This document shows positions 25,294-38,249 of a DNA stretch of 64,000 nt, piece by piece. Within the stretch, counting starts at the first letter, position 1. Every line of letters begins with the position of its first letter. The position numbers and the translations under genes are program-made. Below the pieces are notes generated by a model. The model ran no database searches and was not told where the DNA came from. It was given only the letters and a program-made list of their open reading frames with translations. Source of the stretch: Octopus vulgaris (Eukaryota); NCBI GenBank assembly GCA_951406725.2, contig OX597827.1, forward strand, positions 1,054,001 through 1,118,000, in the 5' to 3' direction.

Positions 25294-26931
25294 TATAGGC
25301 AGAAGTTGTTGAATGACTCAAAGTGTGAGAATTTTGTACGTTGGTATTTGGTCCTTGAATCACTCACTAACTTCTGCTGATTAATAAAAAAAATACATAC
25401 CCTCCTGTTTTGAGTTCTATATACCTCTTTGTATTACCACACAAACTCACTCACAAATACATGCAAAAGATATAGATCCGCACACAAAGATACCAATGTA
25501 CACACACACACACACATGTAGGCACAGATGAGCCAAATATAGATATATACTTTTTGGACTAATGAATTTATAAATACACACACACACACACACAGACATA
25601 TCTTTATCTGTGAATCTTAGTTTGCATATATGTCTAGTTTTCAGTGTGTGTGTGTGTGTACGTGTTGACTGAAAACCAAAACGTCACGTAGTCTTTAAAT
25701 TAAATTTATTAAACACCAAATCCTGGAATAATTTGATAACAGAATCTGATACGAAGATATTAAAGTTTATGAGAAAGAAGAAAAAAAAATACTACAGAAC
25801 AAAAATAGCAATAAAACAAAATAATAATAATAAAAAAATGAAACCAAAAATGGAAATTATCAGTGATAAAACTTTATCATGTTACTGTGTTCTAGAATTT
25901 AATGAAATTTTGAAGATTGTGATCGGGAATAACTATGTCAAGGAAGTATCAATAAACAAGAACAGGTTCTGTAGGTTCAAATCTGACAAGGGCATGCCTA
26001 TGTGGGCAATAGGTTCTTATCTTAAACTGTGTATTTACCATATTTGCTGCTTATAAGACAGGCATTTTCTTTTGTTTTTAAATGTATCAAATCATTTTCC
26101 ATATGTCTAATGTGGCTTTATTCAGATTGGATTGAAGACTAAGTGTTGTAGGCCAAGGAGCTGAATTAGAAAAATTCTACAAGGTACAATAATTGTTACC
26201 AATAATGAAATATTGAAATTAAGCCAAAATGTCACAAGTCTTTTAGCAGAAACTAGCATAAAACTGTTTACAGTATGTCAGTAGTTCCATAGAGAAGTCA
26301 CATCATTTTATTATACTTCCTTCCTTGTCATACATAATTCACACCTGATGTAGGTCTTACATTATTTAATGGCCATGTTACCTTTAAGAAACATTTTCTT
26401 AAAATCAAATGAAAATTCTTCTAAAATGATAAGGTAGGTGAAATGATATCAGATATGCTTTGCCCCATGCAAAACTGACAGGAGTTACTCAGAGGTTTTC
26501 AACCTTTTCTAAATCCATTGCAATCTGGAAACTGTCCTACATAATCAGCAAGTATCTCAGGGTCACAAGCATTTCACCCCTTAGCCTGTATTCTTCACCT
26601 GAGTGGGGCAGTGAGGACTGAGTTAGAATTCCCCAATGGAAGGGTTCCACTTGCAGTCTCTACTTAACCATAACCATCTGGAACTAGTCTCAGCTGCTCT
26701 GCCTATTTCCTTCCTCACTTTCTTCAGTTGTCTGGGTGTTCCAAACCTAATTTCTGAAAGAAATAGTGTTCTGATCGAGATAGAAAGCCATGGTATATCA
26801 GCTATTTGCTATGAGTGGGGGACAACAAAACCATGATGGTGGAGCAGCACCATTCGGATGGCCAATCATGGTAACACAAAATATCACAACCAAAAGTACA
26901 AGCTTTACATCCTCTATGGCAATTCTCTTAT

Positions 26932-27154
26932 TCCTTTAGCATTTAAACCACCCATATCTGCCCAAATATTCTACCATTTCTATGTTCAAACTGGCCATAT
27001 CCAGCCTCAAACACCCAACCTACAATGTCGTTCTAGAAGTAAACAATCACATCATCAAATTCTCAAAACTATGAGATAAAGCATGATTAATTCAAAACAA
27101 TGTGAATAAATAAGCATTACATTCGACTGAGTAATCTGAATGTTAAAGGGTTAA
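26932..27154. mobile_element. piggyBac-like MITE (CCCTTTAGCATT-type TIR, TTAA site)
   Basis: tcctttagcattta ... ctgaatgttaaaggg+ttaa. A second copy at about 56252-56477 ends gatggctaaagggttaa. Confidence 0.7.
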
Positions 27155-27639
27155 TCTATATATAAACTAGTACAAAGCTGATCTGAAACCAGATAAATTT
27201 GAAATATGGTCTTGTGTAATTTATTTATGTTTTATGTTTTCTAGTTTCAGCTCTTGAGCTGTGGCCATGCTGGGGCAAGTGTATTTATGATAAATTTATG
27301 GTTTCATACTGTATTCCTGTATACCATCACAGCATTGTATTTCCATGTACAGAAACATACATATTCCCTTAAAACAACACTTTAAAATATCTTTCATGAG
27401 TGTATGATGAAATATACAAAATTTATATATTTTTTTTACAAATATCCTTGTGAAATAAGGGGACATCATATATGCTGGCAAATAAATGCTTTCAAATTTG
27501 ATATTCCATAATGTGGCAATATTTGTAGAATTTTTCATTTCTACTGTAACTTTGGTTTGACCAATGCCTAGGATGGAATATCAGAGATGAAATCTGTGTT
27601 GAAGTCTATTGTGTTTTTTTTTCTGTGTATATATATACA

Positions 27640-27677
<38 letters not shown>

Positions 27678-27688
27678 GCTTTCATCAT

Positions 27689-27800
27689 GACTGTCCGGCA
27701 AACAGGAACATGAAACTCTGAGTAACAGTCTTGTAATAATTTTGCATTTTGCTCTACCTATCGTATTCGAGTAATATTTTTTCCACCTTGTTTTATAAAT
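27689..27800 (+). mobile_element. HHR-bearing repeat family 1, degraded copy
   Basis: gactgt-ccggcaa-acaggaacat-gaaactctgagta-acagtc, then the same 3' tail (ctctacct...gtatt.gagta...ttccaccttgtt) as 4850-4935. The core has 3 substitutions. Confidence 0.8.
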
Positions 27801-27821
27801 AGGAGATCACCTGTGTGTGTG

Positions 27822-27854
<33 letters not shown>

Positions 27855-28004
27855 TGGATGAATGGTTTTCTTCAATTAAAAATTATTGATTACTTAAAAA
27901 AATGTTTTTAGATAATAAAATGACAAACTTTTGGGAAGGAAGTTTACATACTGATTGTGTGTACTTTCACCATTTGCTGTTTTTCAAACTCACATATTAG
28001 TCTC

Positions 28005-28060
<56 letters not shown>

Positions 28061-28597
28061 TACACACACGCACGCATACATGCATACACATGATTGACTT
28101 TCCACAAAGTTTTCTGTCAATAAATTCCACAAAAGGCAATGAGCTGGCAAAACTGCTAGCACACTGGGCAAAGTTTTTTGTAGCATTTAATCCATCTTAA
28201 TGATCTGAGTTCAAATTCCACTATGGTCGATTTTCTCTCATCCTTTCAGGATCGATAAAGTAAGTACCAGTTGAATGCTGAGGTAAACTTAATTGACTTC
28301 TGCCCAAAATTGCTGGTCGTGTGTCAGAATTTTAAACAATTAAATTCCACTTACAACACATTGGACAATCTAGGGCCACTGTAGCAGAGATTTTCCCTAA
28401 GACAGCGCATTGTGGGAAAAGGTGGGGGATGAAACTCAAAGAACCATTTTCTGGTTAAGTCAATCTCTTAAGCAGAAAGTCATGCTCATATGCAATTACT
28501 TCGAAGAAATTTAAACGAATCATTTAAAAGACATTTCTAAACCATTGTTATAAGAAATTACAAATTGCACCAAATTATAATGAGCAAACATACGTAC

Positions 28598-28763
28598 CAG
28601 ATAGTTCTTCATAGTGACCTGTTTCTCTCTTGTTCAAATTATGTCTTCTATCTGTATAAGGCACCGGTGTCGACGATAGTTCGTTGTAGCGACACGGTGC
28701 ATTGAATGCAGTTTCTTTGTATTTTCTACCATCGGGTGTCACAACTATTTTTTGGATGCACAT
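28598..28763 (-). CDS. Coding exon (MCIQKIVVTPDGRKYKETAFNAPCRYNELSSTPVPYTDRRHNLNKRETGHYEELS), unknown protein
   Basis: Acceptor tttttcttctcttatttttgcatag|ATG; only phase 0 is open. Donor CTG|GTACGT. The length of 166 nt leaves phase 1, which matches the 20646 exon (G+CA=Ala). Confidence 0.8.
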
Positions 28764-28820
28764 CTATGCAAAAATAAGAGAAGAAAAACAATAATGCATA
28801 AGTTGTATAATTATATATTA

Positions 28821-29608
28821 AAGGTGGGTGCTGAAAGTTCTTGGTTTTGGGTAGAAGAAAATACAGGAGGATCATTCTTTGTGTAAGCTTACATGAAGAA
28901 TAATGAGTCTGTCACAGCAGTTGAGCATGAGTTTTGGTGCCACTTCGACATTCACCAAAATCAGGCTGTGTCCACCTGTAAATCCACTTTTAACACAATC
29001 TTACATTGGGTGAATGCACTTCATACACGAGGTACACTGATGAATAGGAGACTGGTGGGGGCGCCATGAACTGTATGGACTCCAGAAAATGTGGAACGTG
29101 CCAGACAAGCTTTCAGAAATGCATCAATGAAAATGGACACCACATGATGGATGATGTTTTCCATATTTGGATTTGACAAATGTTAATTCAATACGAACAC
29201 ATTGATGTCAATAACATTCGTTTGCAGCTTGTGGTGTTGGCGGTCGGTGTTATGGGACATGATGAGCTATGTGGTGTTGGTGGAGAGGATGACAGATGAG
29301 GTGGGTGAAAGTAGGGCTTGCAGGGGCCAGCGGAAGACCAAGGGGTGCATGCTTGGCAGGAAGCGGATGTGGTCAAGGAGGAAGTATGTGTGGTCAGCGA
29401 GGAAGAGGGCCAGCTCCAGCATAGACGGCAAAGCGACAGGACGTGTTGAATTTGTGAGAGACCGCTAATTTCACCGAGGTAAGGCCTTTTGTATTTCTTT
29501 CTCCCGTTGCTTCTTTTTCTGTTGTCCTCTTCATCCATCACACCACACAGCTAAATGAATGATTTTGTGAATTTTTTTCAAAAACGCCCAACCTCTCTGC
29601 CCCACCCT
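28821..29608 (+). mobile_element. Internally deleted Tc1/mariner-superfamily element (DUF4817-type HTH) containing a LINE-like insert
   Basis: It encodes AYMKNNESVTAVEHEFWCHFDIHQNQAVST...TILHWVNALHTRGTLMNRRLVGAP*TVWTPENVERARQAF, fused to the C-terminal KCINENGHHMMDDVFH. Imperfect TIRs aaggtgggtgctgaaagtt / aacctctctgccccaccct are TA-flanked. A GC-rich insert lies at about 29200-29480. Confidence 0.7.
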
Positions 29609-30019
29609 ATATATATTGTGTACATCACATGAATTTAGAAACATTGATAGCCATAAAAGAAATTGTTTCTAATGGTGGAACTTGAAGTTGATAATAGAAG
29701 TTTTCTGAGTCTTAGAAAAATGGATCAACCTGCACAGATGATTTGTTTGCAGTAATCAGCTGTTTGTCCTGCACATAAGCATTCTCTTTCCATCAAATTG
29801 ACATTACCTGAACAGGTAATGTCAATTTGTGTCACATGTCAGATGTTGAAGTAATCACAGAACAGTGTGAAATAAAGTGTTTTGCTCAAAAACACAACAT
29901 ACTGCTTGGTCTGAGAATTGAGCATATGATCTCATGATAATGAGTGCAACACCCTAACTACTAGGCTCTTAAAGTAGATAAAGCTATGAAAAATAGAACT
30001 CAATACCTGAATGTATATC

Positions 30020-30245
30020 TTTTATCTTTTTCTTGTTTTAGTCATTCGACGGTGGCCATAATTTGGCACCACCTTGAAGAATTCTAAGTTGAATGCATCA
30101 ACCTCAGTACTTATATTTTGTTATGGCTGGTACTTATTCTATCATTCTCTTTTGTCAAATTGCTTAGTTATGGGACATAAACATACCAGCACTGGTTGTC
30201 AAGCAGTGGTGGGAGATAAACACAAAGACACACACACATAAATAC

Positions 30246-30294
<49 letters not shown>

Positions 30295-30456
30295 ACAGGC
30301 TACTTTCAGTTTTCATCTACCAAATCCACTCACAAGGCTTTGGTTGGCCTGAGGTTATAGTAAAAGACACTTGCCCAAGATACCACACAGTGGGACTGAA
30401 ACCCAAACCATGAGGTTGGGGAGCAAGCTTCTTATCACACAGCCACACCTGTGCCT
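30020..30456 (-). mobile_element. Family B (CORE-like) SINE
   Basis: Reverse complement of the 49075-49500 type. Other copies are at about 24390-24690(-), 52463-52863(-), 61223-61622(-) and 61792-62120(+). Confidence 0.85.
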
Positions 30457-31272
30457 ATATATTTATTTTTCAAGTGCTATAAAGTTACAAAAGTGTATCA
30501 AGGACCTAGTGTTTTGTACGTGGCATCTATCATATAAGCACGTGCTCAAGCATATGCTCTCTGTCTGTCTGTCTGTCTCTCACTTTCACACCCACCCACA
30601 CAATCTATAAATATTGGACATTTACATTAATTCAATATTTGTATGGTTTTAAACATATTCTTCATTTGATGAAAAATAATGAAGTATATCTCAAATAGTT
30701 ATTATCTCCAACAAATATTGAGAGACGAGTTTCTTCTGCCCATACATAGACATACAGGTATTTCACTACACACAAATATATGTATATTTAAGTGTATAAT
30801 TTATTAATTAACAAATCAGATAATTTCATATAAATGATATTAAACATTATACCTATGTAAACACTAATTCCAAAATATGAGATTTTTTTTTAAAATACAA
30901 AAACAAAAGGTGAAACAAACATAAACTACACACACAGAAATTGAAACACACATTCGTACCTGACCAAGCAACTTTGTTAGAAACTATACACACACACACA
31001 CACAAACACACACACCACTCTCTCTGTCTCTGTCTCTCTCTCTCTGTCTCTCTCACTCTTTCTCCCTGGTCCTCTCGCTTTGCATTGCCTTCCTTTTCAG
31101 ATAAAGGTTTTAAATGTCTATTGATTTTGTTTTCGAAAGTGAACTTTTAATCACCATAAGTATCTCACCTATTTAGCAGATAATTTGTCAGCCACTTAGC
31201 ACTTATTAGAATAGGGCTACATCTACTAATGTCAATCAGGGTAATGTATCATACCTTGATTTGCTATTTCCT

Positions 31273-31311
<39 letters not shown>

Positions 31312-31342
31312 GTGTGTGTATATATATGTGTGTGTATATATA

Positions 31343-31382
<40 letters not shown>

Positions 31383-31764
31383 CGCACACATATATATATA
31401 TACATATATATATATGTATATGTATATATATATATATGCATATATATATGTATATGTATATATACATATGTGTGTGTGTGTATGTGTGCGTGTGTGTATG
31501 TATGTAAATATGTATATATGTGTATATATATATGTATGTGTGTGTGAGTGTACGTATATTCACATGCAGATGCAAACTCTATACATATATGCACACACAC
31601 ACACACACATATATTTTTATACCTATATATTGAATATTTTAAAACAAATGCAATAATAATAAATATCATTGGCTAAAATATTTTTATGAAATCTACAGAA
31701 ATGATACAATATTTCTACACACTCACACATCACATATACACACACACAAAATACATTTTCAGTG

Positions 31765-31927
31765 TTTGAAGTAGATGGATCTTGCAAATGAGGAAAAACC
31801 TAGGAACCTATGGAATGGAAAGGAATGGAATGGTGAGGAGGAATCGTAAGGAGCTGAACCTTGCAAAGGAGATGACAAAGAACTACGATGATTGGCAGCG
31901 GGAGATATTGGAAAACACCTGTTCACT
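31765..31927 (+). mobile_element. RTE-type LINE C-terminal fragment
   Basis: VDGSCK*GKPRNLW...MVRRNRKELNLAKEMTKNYDDWQREIL resembles the G.R.RGRP.KTW...V..D...L.L..EMA.DR..W tail. Confidence 0.6.
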
Positions 31928-31928
31928 G

Positions 31929-31963
<35 letters not shown>

Positions 31964-32182
31964 CATATACACGTATATGTCAGGTCGCTCTTGAGTGCTA
32001 CTGGTAACATGTAACTCAGTTCAACCTTTTGCATGATTGAGTCATCATTGGTTGAATTGGTGACACCACCAAGCCCGTTTAGTGAGTAGGGTGGATTTTG
32101 GACACCCTGTGGAATGAAAAACAAAATCCATCAAAGGAAAAATAAACTCAGGAGAGTCAATATCCATCCAATTACATGATAT

Positions 32183-32337
32183 ATTGTTTAATGCAAATGG
32201 TATATAATTGTGAGCTACTAATAGTTTCATACATTGGAGATATTTTCTAGGCAGGTTTTAATAACACACCTAGAAAACATTTCTAATGTATTAAACTATT
32301 AATAGCTCATAACTATATACTGTATACATTAAACAAT
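32183..32337. repeat. ~155-bp imperfect palindrome
   Basis: attgtttaatgcaaatggtatataattgtgagctactaatagtttcatacattggagatattttctagg pairs with cctagaaaacatttctaatgtattaaactattaatagctcataactatatactgtatacattaaacaat. Confidence 0.85.
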
Positions 32338-33735
32338 TTTTATCTGTCACCAGATGGAGTACTTTTTTGTTGATCATACCTTAACGGAAAACTAAACTAT
32401 ATATATGCGTGTGCATGCATGCATGTGCAAGAATATAAGTATTTCTGGTTTGATATCCAGAGTTGCATCTAAGCAACCAAGCTGGGTTAGTTTCTAACCT
32501 ATGACAAAGGCAACTACACCGGGGATGGAGAACTCTAATAGAAAATCCTGTGGTATATTCTTCACAGTTTTTGACTAACATTTTAACCAACTCTCTGCTA
32601 CCAACATTTCTAAACAGAGTAGCTGGTCCTACTCAAGCCTTCATTACTGAAAACAAATCATATTCTGGGTAGTCTGATGGCTATGGCTATATTATTGGCT
32701 GTTAGACCCTCCTATGAAGCTGACAAGGGAATCCACTACATATATTATCATCATCCTTTAACAATCACTTTTCCATGCTTGCATGGGTTGGACAGTTTAT
32801 CGAGGCAGACTTTCTATGGCCATATGCCCTTCCTGTCTTCCGTTCTTACCTGCTTCCAAGTAAGGTAATATTTCCCCATGGCCAGACATCTTTTCACTGA
32901 AATGAATGACATTCATTTACAGTGAATCATACAAATTACCTCTTAAAAAGGAAACCAAGCAACAGTAAGTATGTGTCACTCAGAGTTTTGTTTTACTAAA
33001 TAAGATATAATTTGAAAATTAAGTTGGTATCTGAATGTGATGATGTTTCCTGTTTTGTTTTGTTTTAATTTTCCTGAGAGATATAAAGTTTCCTAAATCT
33101 ACTAGAATATCTCTTGTATTAGAAATAAATAAGATAAGAATCTTCAACCAAATGTTAAATAAAGACTGGCTTCAGAGATCAAATACGAAATGTTGACTGT
33201 CAAATGTCAAAAGTCGCAAAGATCAGTGACAAGGTTGATCTCCACCATTTCAGGTTAAACTTTGGCAGCAATAATGGTTTGAAGCATTGACTGGAACGGA
33301 GAATAAGAGGAATAGATTACGGCATAATAAGCAGCAGAATTTATTTGAGTAAACTGGAATCATTGTCTGGATTAAATTGAGTTTATAATGTTTTGGTCAG
33401 AACAGATAGAGAAACAGCAACTTGTCCAGCATTGAAAAGATTTACACCTTGCAAAGACTTGCCAGGCTGATCAAGTAAAGAGTTAAATGCTTTTCTATTG
33501 CATCCCATCGTTGTTATTGTTGTACTTTAGGTAGACAGTATTAATAATGTTATTTTCCCAAGACATGCTAAAACATGGTGTTTTATGGTTCTTTCTGAAG
33601 TTTATTGTGTCAGCCAGTCAATAAATCTATCGATGTGTTTAAATACATATAAACACATGTACACTGATACACACACACACACACACACACACACATACGT
33701 GTGTGTGTTTATATACTCAAGTAAGCACTTGTATG

Positions 33736-33856
33736 CAAAACAAGGTGGAAAATATTAGTACTCAAATACCAAAGGCAGAGCCATATGCTTTTATTAAAGC
33801 TGACAAAATTTTCACAAACTGTTACTCAGAGTTTCATGTTACCGTGTGTTAGACAG
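33736..33856 (-). mobile_element. HHR-bearing repeat family 1, degraded copy
   Basis: The reverse complement reads ctgt-ctaacac-acggtaacat-gaaactctgagta-acag...aataaaagcatatggctctgcctttggtatttgagtact...ttccaccttgtt. Confidence 0.8.
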
Positions 33857-35177
33857 CTGGAATACTTCATTCATTCATTCATTCATTCATACATACATAC
33901 ATACATACATACATACAGTTACAAATGACAGAGAAATAGTTTAATGAAATTTTATTTGACAATAAGAAAATTCTAATTTTATAACAAATTGTTTCATAAC
34001 TTAAAAACGTGTAAATAATTTACATTATTCTATTTAATAATAAATAAATTACTTAGATGCTTGCATCAATGCAAAATGTGAAACATCCTTCAAAACAAGG
34101 CAGAATTTAAGCTGCTGGTGCATTGAGAGGGTTTGGTTTCTCAATGCTATGCTTTACTACAGAATGTATACTTTTTCTCTTATGTTGTCATTGGACTATG
34201 GCTATGCTGGGGCACCAACTAGAAGAGCTAAGATGAACAAATGGACCCTATTTTGCTGCTAAATTATAGAGACATAAACAAACCAGCAGCTGATGTCAGT
34301 TGGTGGTGGTGGGGGGACTAGTACTAGAATGGAGACACATATATACAATATTTATGTATAATGGACTTCCATACAATTTCCATCAACCAATATTTACTAG
34401 TAAGTCACTGCTTGGTCTAAGGCTATAGTAGAAGACACTTTTCCAAGGTGCCACACAGTTGGACTGAACTTGAAATCACATGGCTACAAATCAAGCCTCT
34501 TAACTACAGTTATTCCTTGGCTATAGATTTTCAACCAACACTCTGTGCAACTGAGATTTGTAAACACCATGTATTCTGTATCATTTTGGAAGAAGCATTA
34601 ACCATACTGACTTGGAAGAAGCATTAACCCCATCCAGATCCTTCAACCAGTATTTACATTAAAAGTGATACTTGCAGGGTTTTTTTTTATCCAAATAGAA
34701 TCATCAAAGTTTATCACTGTTTTCTCAAAATCCTAAAATCTTTGTTATTTTGTTAGTGAAATAAAGTTCTAAGAAGTAATGGTAATGTTAGAGACTTAAC
34801 ACTTAATGTAGAACTGAATAAATCTAAATAATCCCTTATTAGTGGGCTCTTAAACCAATCAATTATGGCAAAAGGTTTACCGTGCAAAACTAAAGGGACC
34901 AGTGCCTTAGTTTTAGTCATTCCATCAAGTATTCTCTACCTAACTCCCTATATAGCAGGTCTTGTAGGATTAATTAGTCTAACTGATAAGTTATTACTGA
35001 AATCAGGTTTGTGGTTCTTCAATGTAACATGAGGAATAACAGTTTGATTCTGGATGTGAAGGTCAGAAGAATCTTAAATTGTTGATATTGTTTATACAAC
35101 AATCTTAATGTAATCCTTAATGAGGACATTAAATAACAGTCATTGGTAAGAACTTCTCTCAATCTGATACAAATTAC

Positions 35178-35231
35178 CTGATCAGAATGAATGTTTATGT
35201 CACTGGAATCTTTGATGTTTCTTATCTTGTT
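35178..35231 (-). other. Candidate upstream exon (5'UTR or 18-codon NKIRNIKDSSDINIHSDQ) of the minus-strand gene
   Basis: Strong donor CAG|GTAATT at 35178/35177, in phase 0 relative to a possible ttgcag acceptor with a weak pyrimidine tract. It lies in a SINE-poor stretch. Confidence 0.3.
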
Positions 35232-36546
35232 CTGCAAATTCTATCAGAATGAATTAGTTCTCTTCCTAAACATAATGCCCTGAATGAGTGCAAATAAATT
35301 CTTCTCAAACAATATCAATAATGAGTCACCAGGAGGATATTTTATACAAGGCCTGAACGAAAAGCATCAAGACTATTACTGTGGGGACAGATCTGAAGTA
35401 TGCAGAATGAAGCTGCTGTTCACAGATTGACCTTGAACTCTGTCGCATGTGCACGCTAAGTTATGACATTCTTGCTGGCTTTCATTGTTTATAGCAGTGC
35501 TTGGAAGTAAAGTGTGTAGAGTGTGGTTGTCTGGTGAGTGGGACTTGTGGGATTTGATTTTTGGACGGAGGAAAAAGTTGCAAAAGGCAAGATCAAGGGA
35601 ATATAGTGGTTGTCAAACATAGGGAGACAGAATTCTGGGTCAATCTATGCTGAGCAGCTTCAATCTGTGTACTTTATTTCTGTTACCTTGGGAACAGTCC
35701 CAATTCTTTTTGATCAGACATCATATGATTTAACATCAAAATATTTCTTATTTTCTAACAACTTATTGCAATTTATTGAAATAGCATACTATCTTTTCTT
35801 TTTGAAAAATGGATATTTTAATAATAAGAATTTCCTAATATATCTTTGAGTTTGGCATTGGAGTAAGTTTTGTAGAAATATGAAGCTGTTGCTTTGAATT
35901 TTAGTTTTGTGTCAGAGGTATTTTAAAGTTTATTCAAGTATAATATGAATGTTTTGAATTGCCTAAAACAGTTTTGAAATTATTATTCTGTCTCCTACAG
36001 ATTAAGTTTCTGATGATCTCAATTAGAGTGAAAGTATAGTTTCTCTGCAAAACAATGCATCTGTTATAAACGTTTACTCTACAGTCATTTGTATAACTTG
36101 CATTGGATTCTGTTTAGATATTGGGCCTCAAGTATGAAACTAACAACACACACACACACACACACACACACATGCAAATCTTGTTATGCTAGCAACCTTT
36201 TTCAGAAGATATAGTCTGCTTCTACATCTGCAGTTGATAGGAAAGATAAACAACACTTAAAGAGCATTCATGAACGTATAACTAGTGAAATGTTCCTCAC
36301 TCACAGTTGTAAAAGATCCTGTAGTTTATCCATGGATTATATTTCCACTGAGAAATTCTATGTAATGATATTTATTAAACATATTTTCTATGATTTCTGA
36401 AAACATACAAAACACAATGTAAAATGTTTGGCATTAGAAAGGGCATCTAACTGTAGAAACCATGCTAAAGATGACATTGGGACCTGATGCAGCTCTGCAG
36501 TTCGTCAGACATTATCAAACCACTTAACCCATGCCAGCAAGGAAAA

Positions 36547-36611
<65 letters not shown>

Positions 36612-37114
36612 CGCGCGCGCGCACATATACATATCTACAGTGAACATCCACAGAGTTTCTGTCTACCAAATTCACTGACAAGACATTGGTCAGCCTGAGG
36701 TTATAGAAAAAGACACCTGCTCAAGGTACTATGCAGTGGGACTGAACTTGAAATTGTGTAGTTGCAATGCAAACTTCTTAACCACTCACCCATGCCTACA
36801 TACACACACACACACACTCACACGTACAAAGCGGGTTCCAGAAAAGGACGTCTGGAATGAAAGATGGTAAAGGAGTAATAATGAAGGAAAGAAAGAGATT
36901 TCTAATAAGACAGAAGAAGAATATGAGAGAGAGAGAGAGAGAGAGAAAGAGAAAGAGAAAAAGAAACAGAGGAGGAAGAGAGAAGAGAAAGAGAAGAAGA
37001 GAGAGTGAGATGTTGAGACACCTCATAGTTTTTAAATGGCAGAAGAGGAAGTCAGTACATGTGAAAGAGAGAGTTAGACAAGTATAAATTTATATGAAAG
37101 AGGGATAGAGAGAC

Positions 37115-37160
<46 letters not shown>

Positions 37161-37889
37161 CAAATAAGAAAACAAATAAGAGAAAGAAAGGAAGAAAGTT
37201 GGAGAAGCCATTAACCGAGATAATGGAAGAATTAATACCAAAACAGTTAAAAAACAAGGAAAATGAAACAAAAAAAGCACTTCTTAATAGTGTCAACTAC
37301 AAGTTTTAGGGATTTTAAGGAAAGATTAATAAAAAAAAATTAAAAACAAGCTAATAAACAAACAAAAAAAGATTATTTAACTACCATTTCTAAACTGAAC
37401 AGCACCAGTGGTTAATTAGATTTCGGCATAAAGAAATTAATATGGAGTCATTGACATTATGCGTCTGATTTTTCTTTTTTCCTTTCTCTAGTGTTTATCC
37501 AATGCTTTTATCTAGTTTGTGTTTACATTCCTATTATTTTATAGACATAATTTCATTATAATTTTATTTATACATTAACAGGAAAAGCAAAACAAACATG
37601 CTCTAAAACAAATTTTGGCTACGGTTGGTTAGCAGCTGAGGATATTTATCATGTTCTCTTATAGTTTAATGTAACTTTACATTGGGAGAGATTCTGGCTA
37701 AAGCAGTGAGTATATTGGTAGTTAAGGAACTTTAACTATGGGAAATATTTATAGCTAAACCATTAAACAGCATGGATATGTTGTTAATGTTTGTATCTAT
37801 GAACATATATCTGTACATAGTCATATATACACATATATAAAAACATACATACATCTATGTACACACATATATGTACGTTTACATATATT

Positions 37890-37937
<48 letters not shown>

Positions 37938-38249
37938 TATATACATACATATATATACACACATAATATGCATGCATAAATGTGTGTGCATGTTCTTTTA
38001 TTCTTTTATTCTTTTACTTGTTTCACTCATTTGACTGCAGCCATGCTGGAGCACCACCTTAAGGAGTTTTAGTTGAACAAAATGATGCCAGGACTTATTC
38101 TTTGTAAGCCTAGTACTTATTCTATTGGCCTCTTTTGCCAAACTGCTAAGTTATAGGGGCATAAACACACCAATATTGGTTGTCAAGCAATGGGTGGGGG
38201 ACAAACACCGAGACAAACACACAAATATATATATATATATATATATAAA

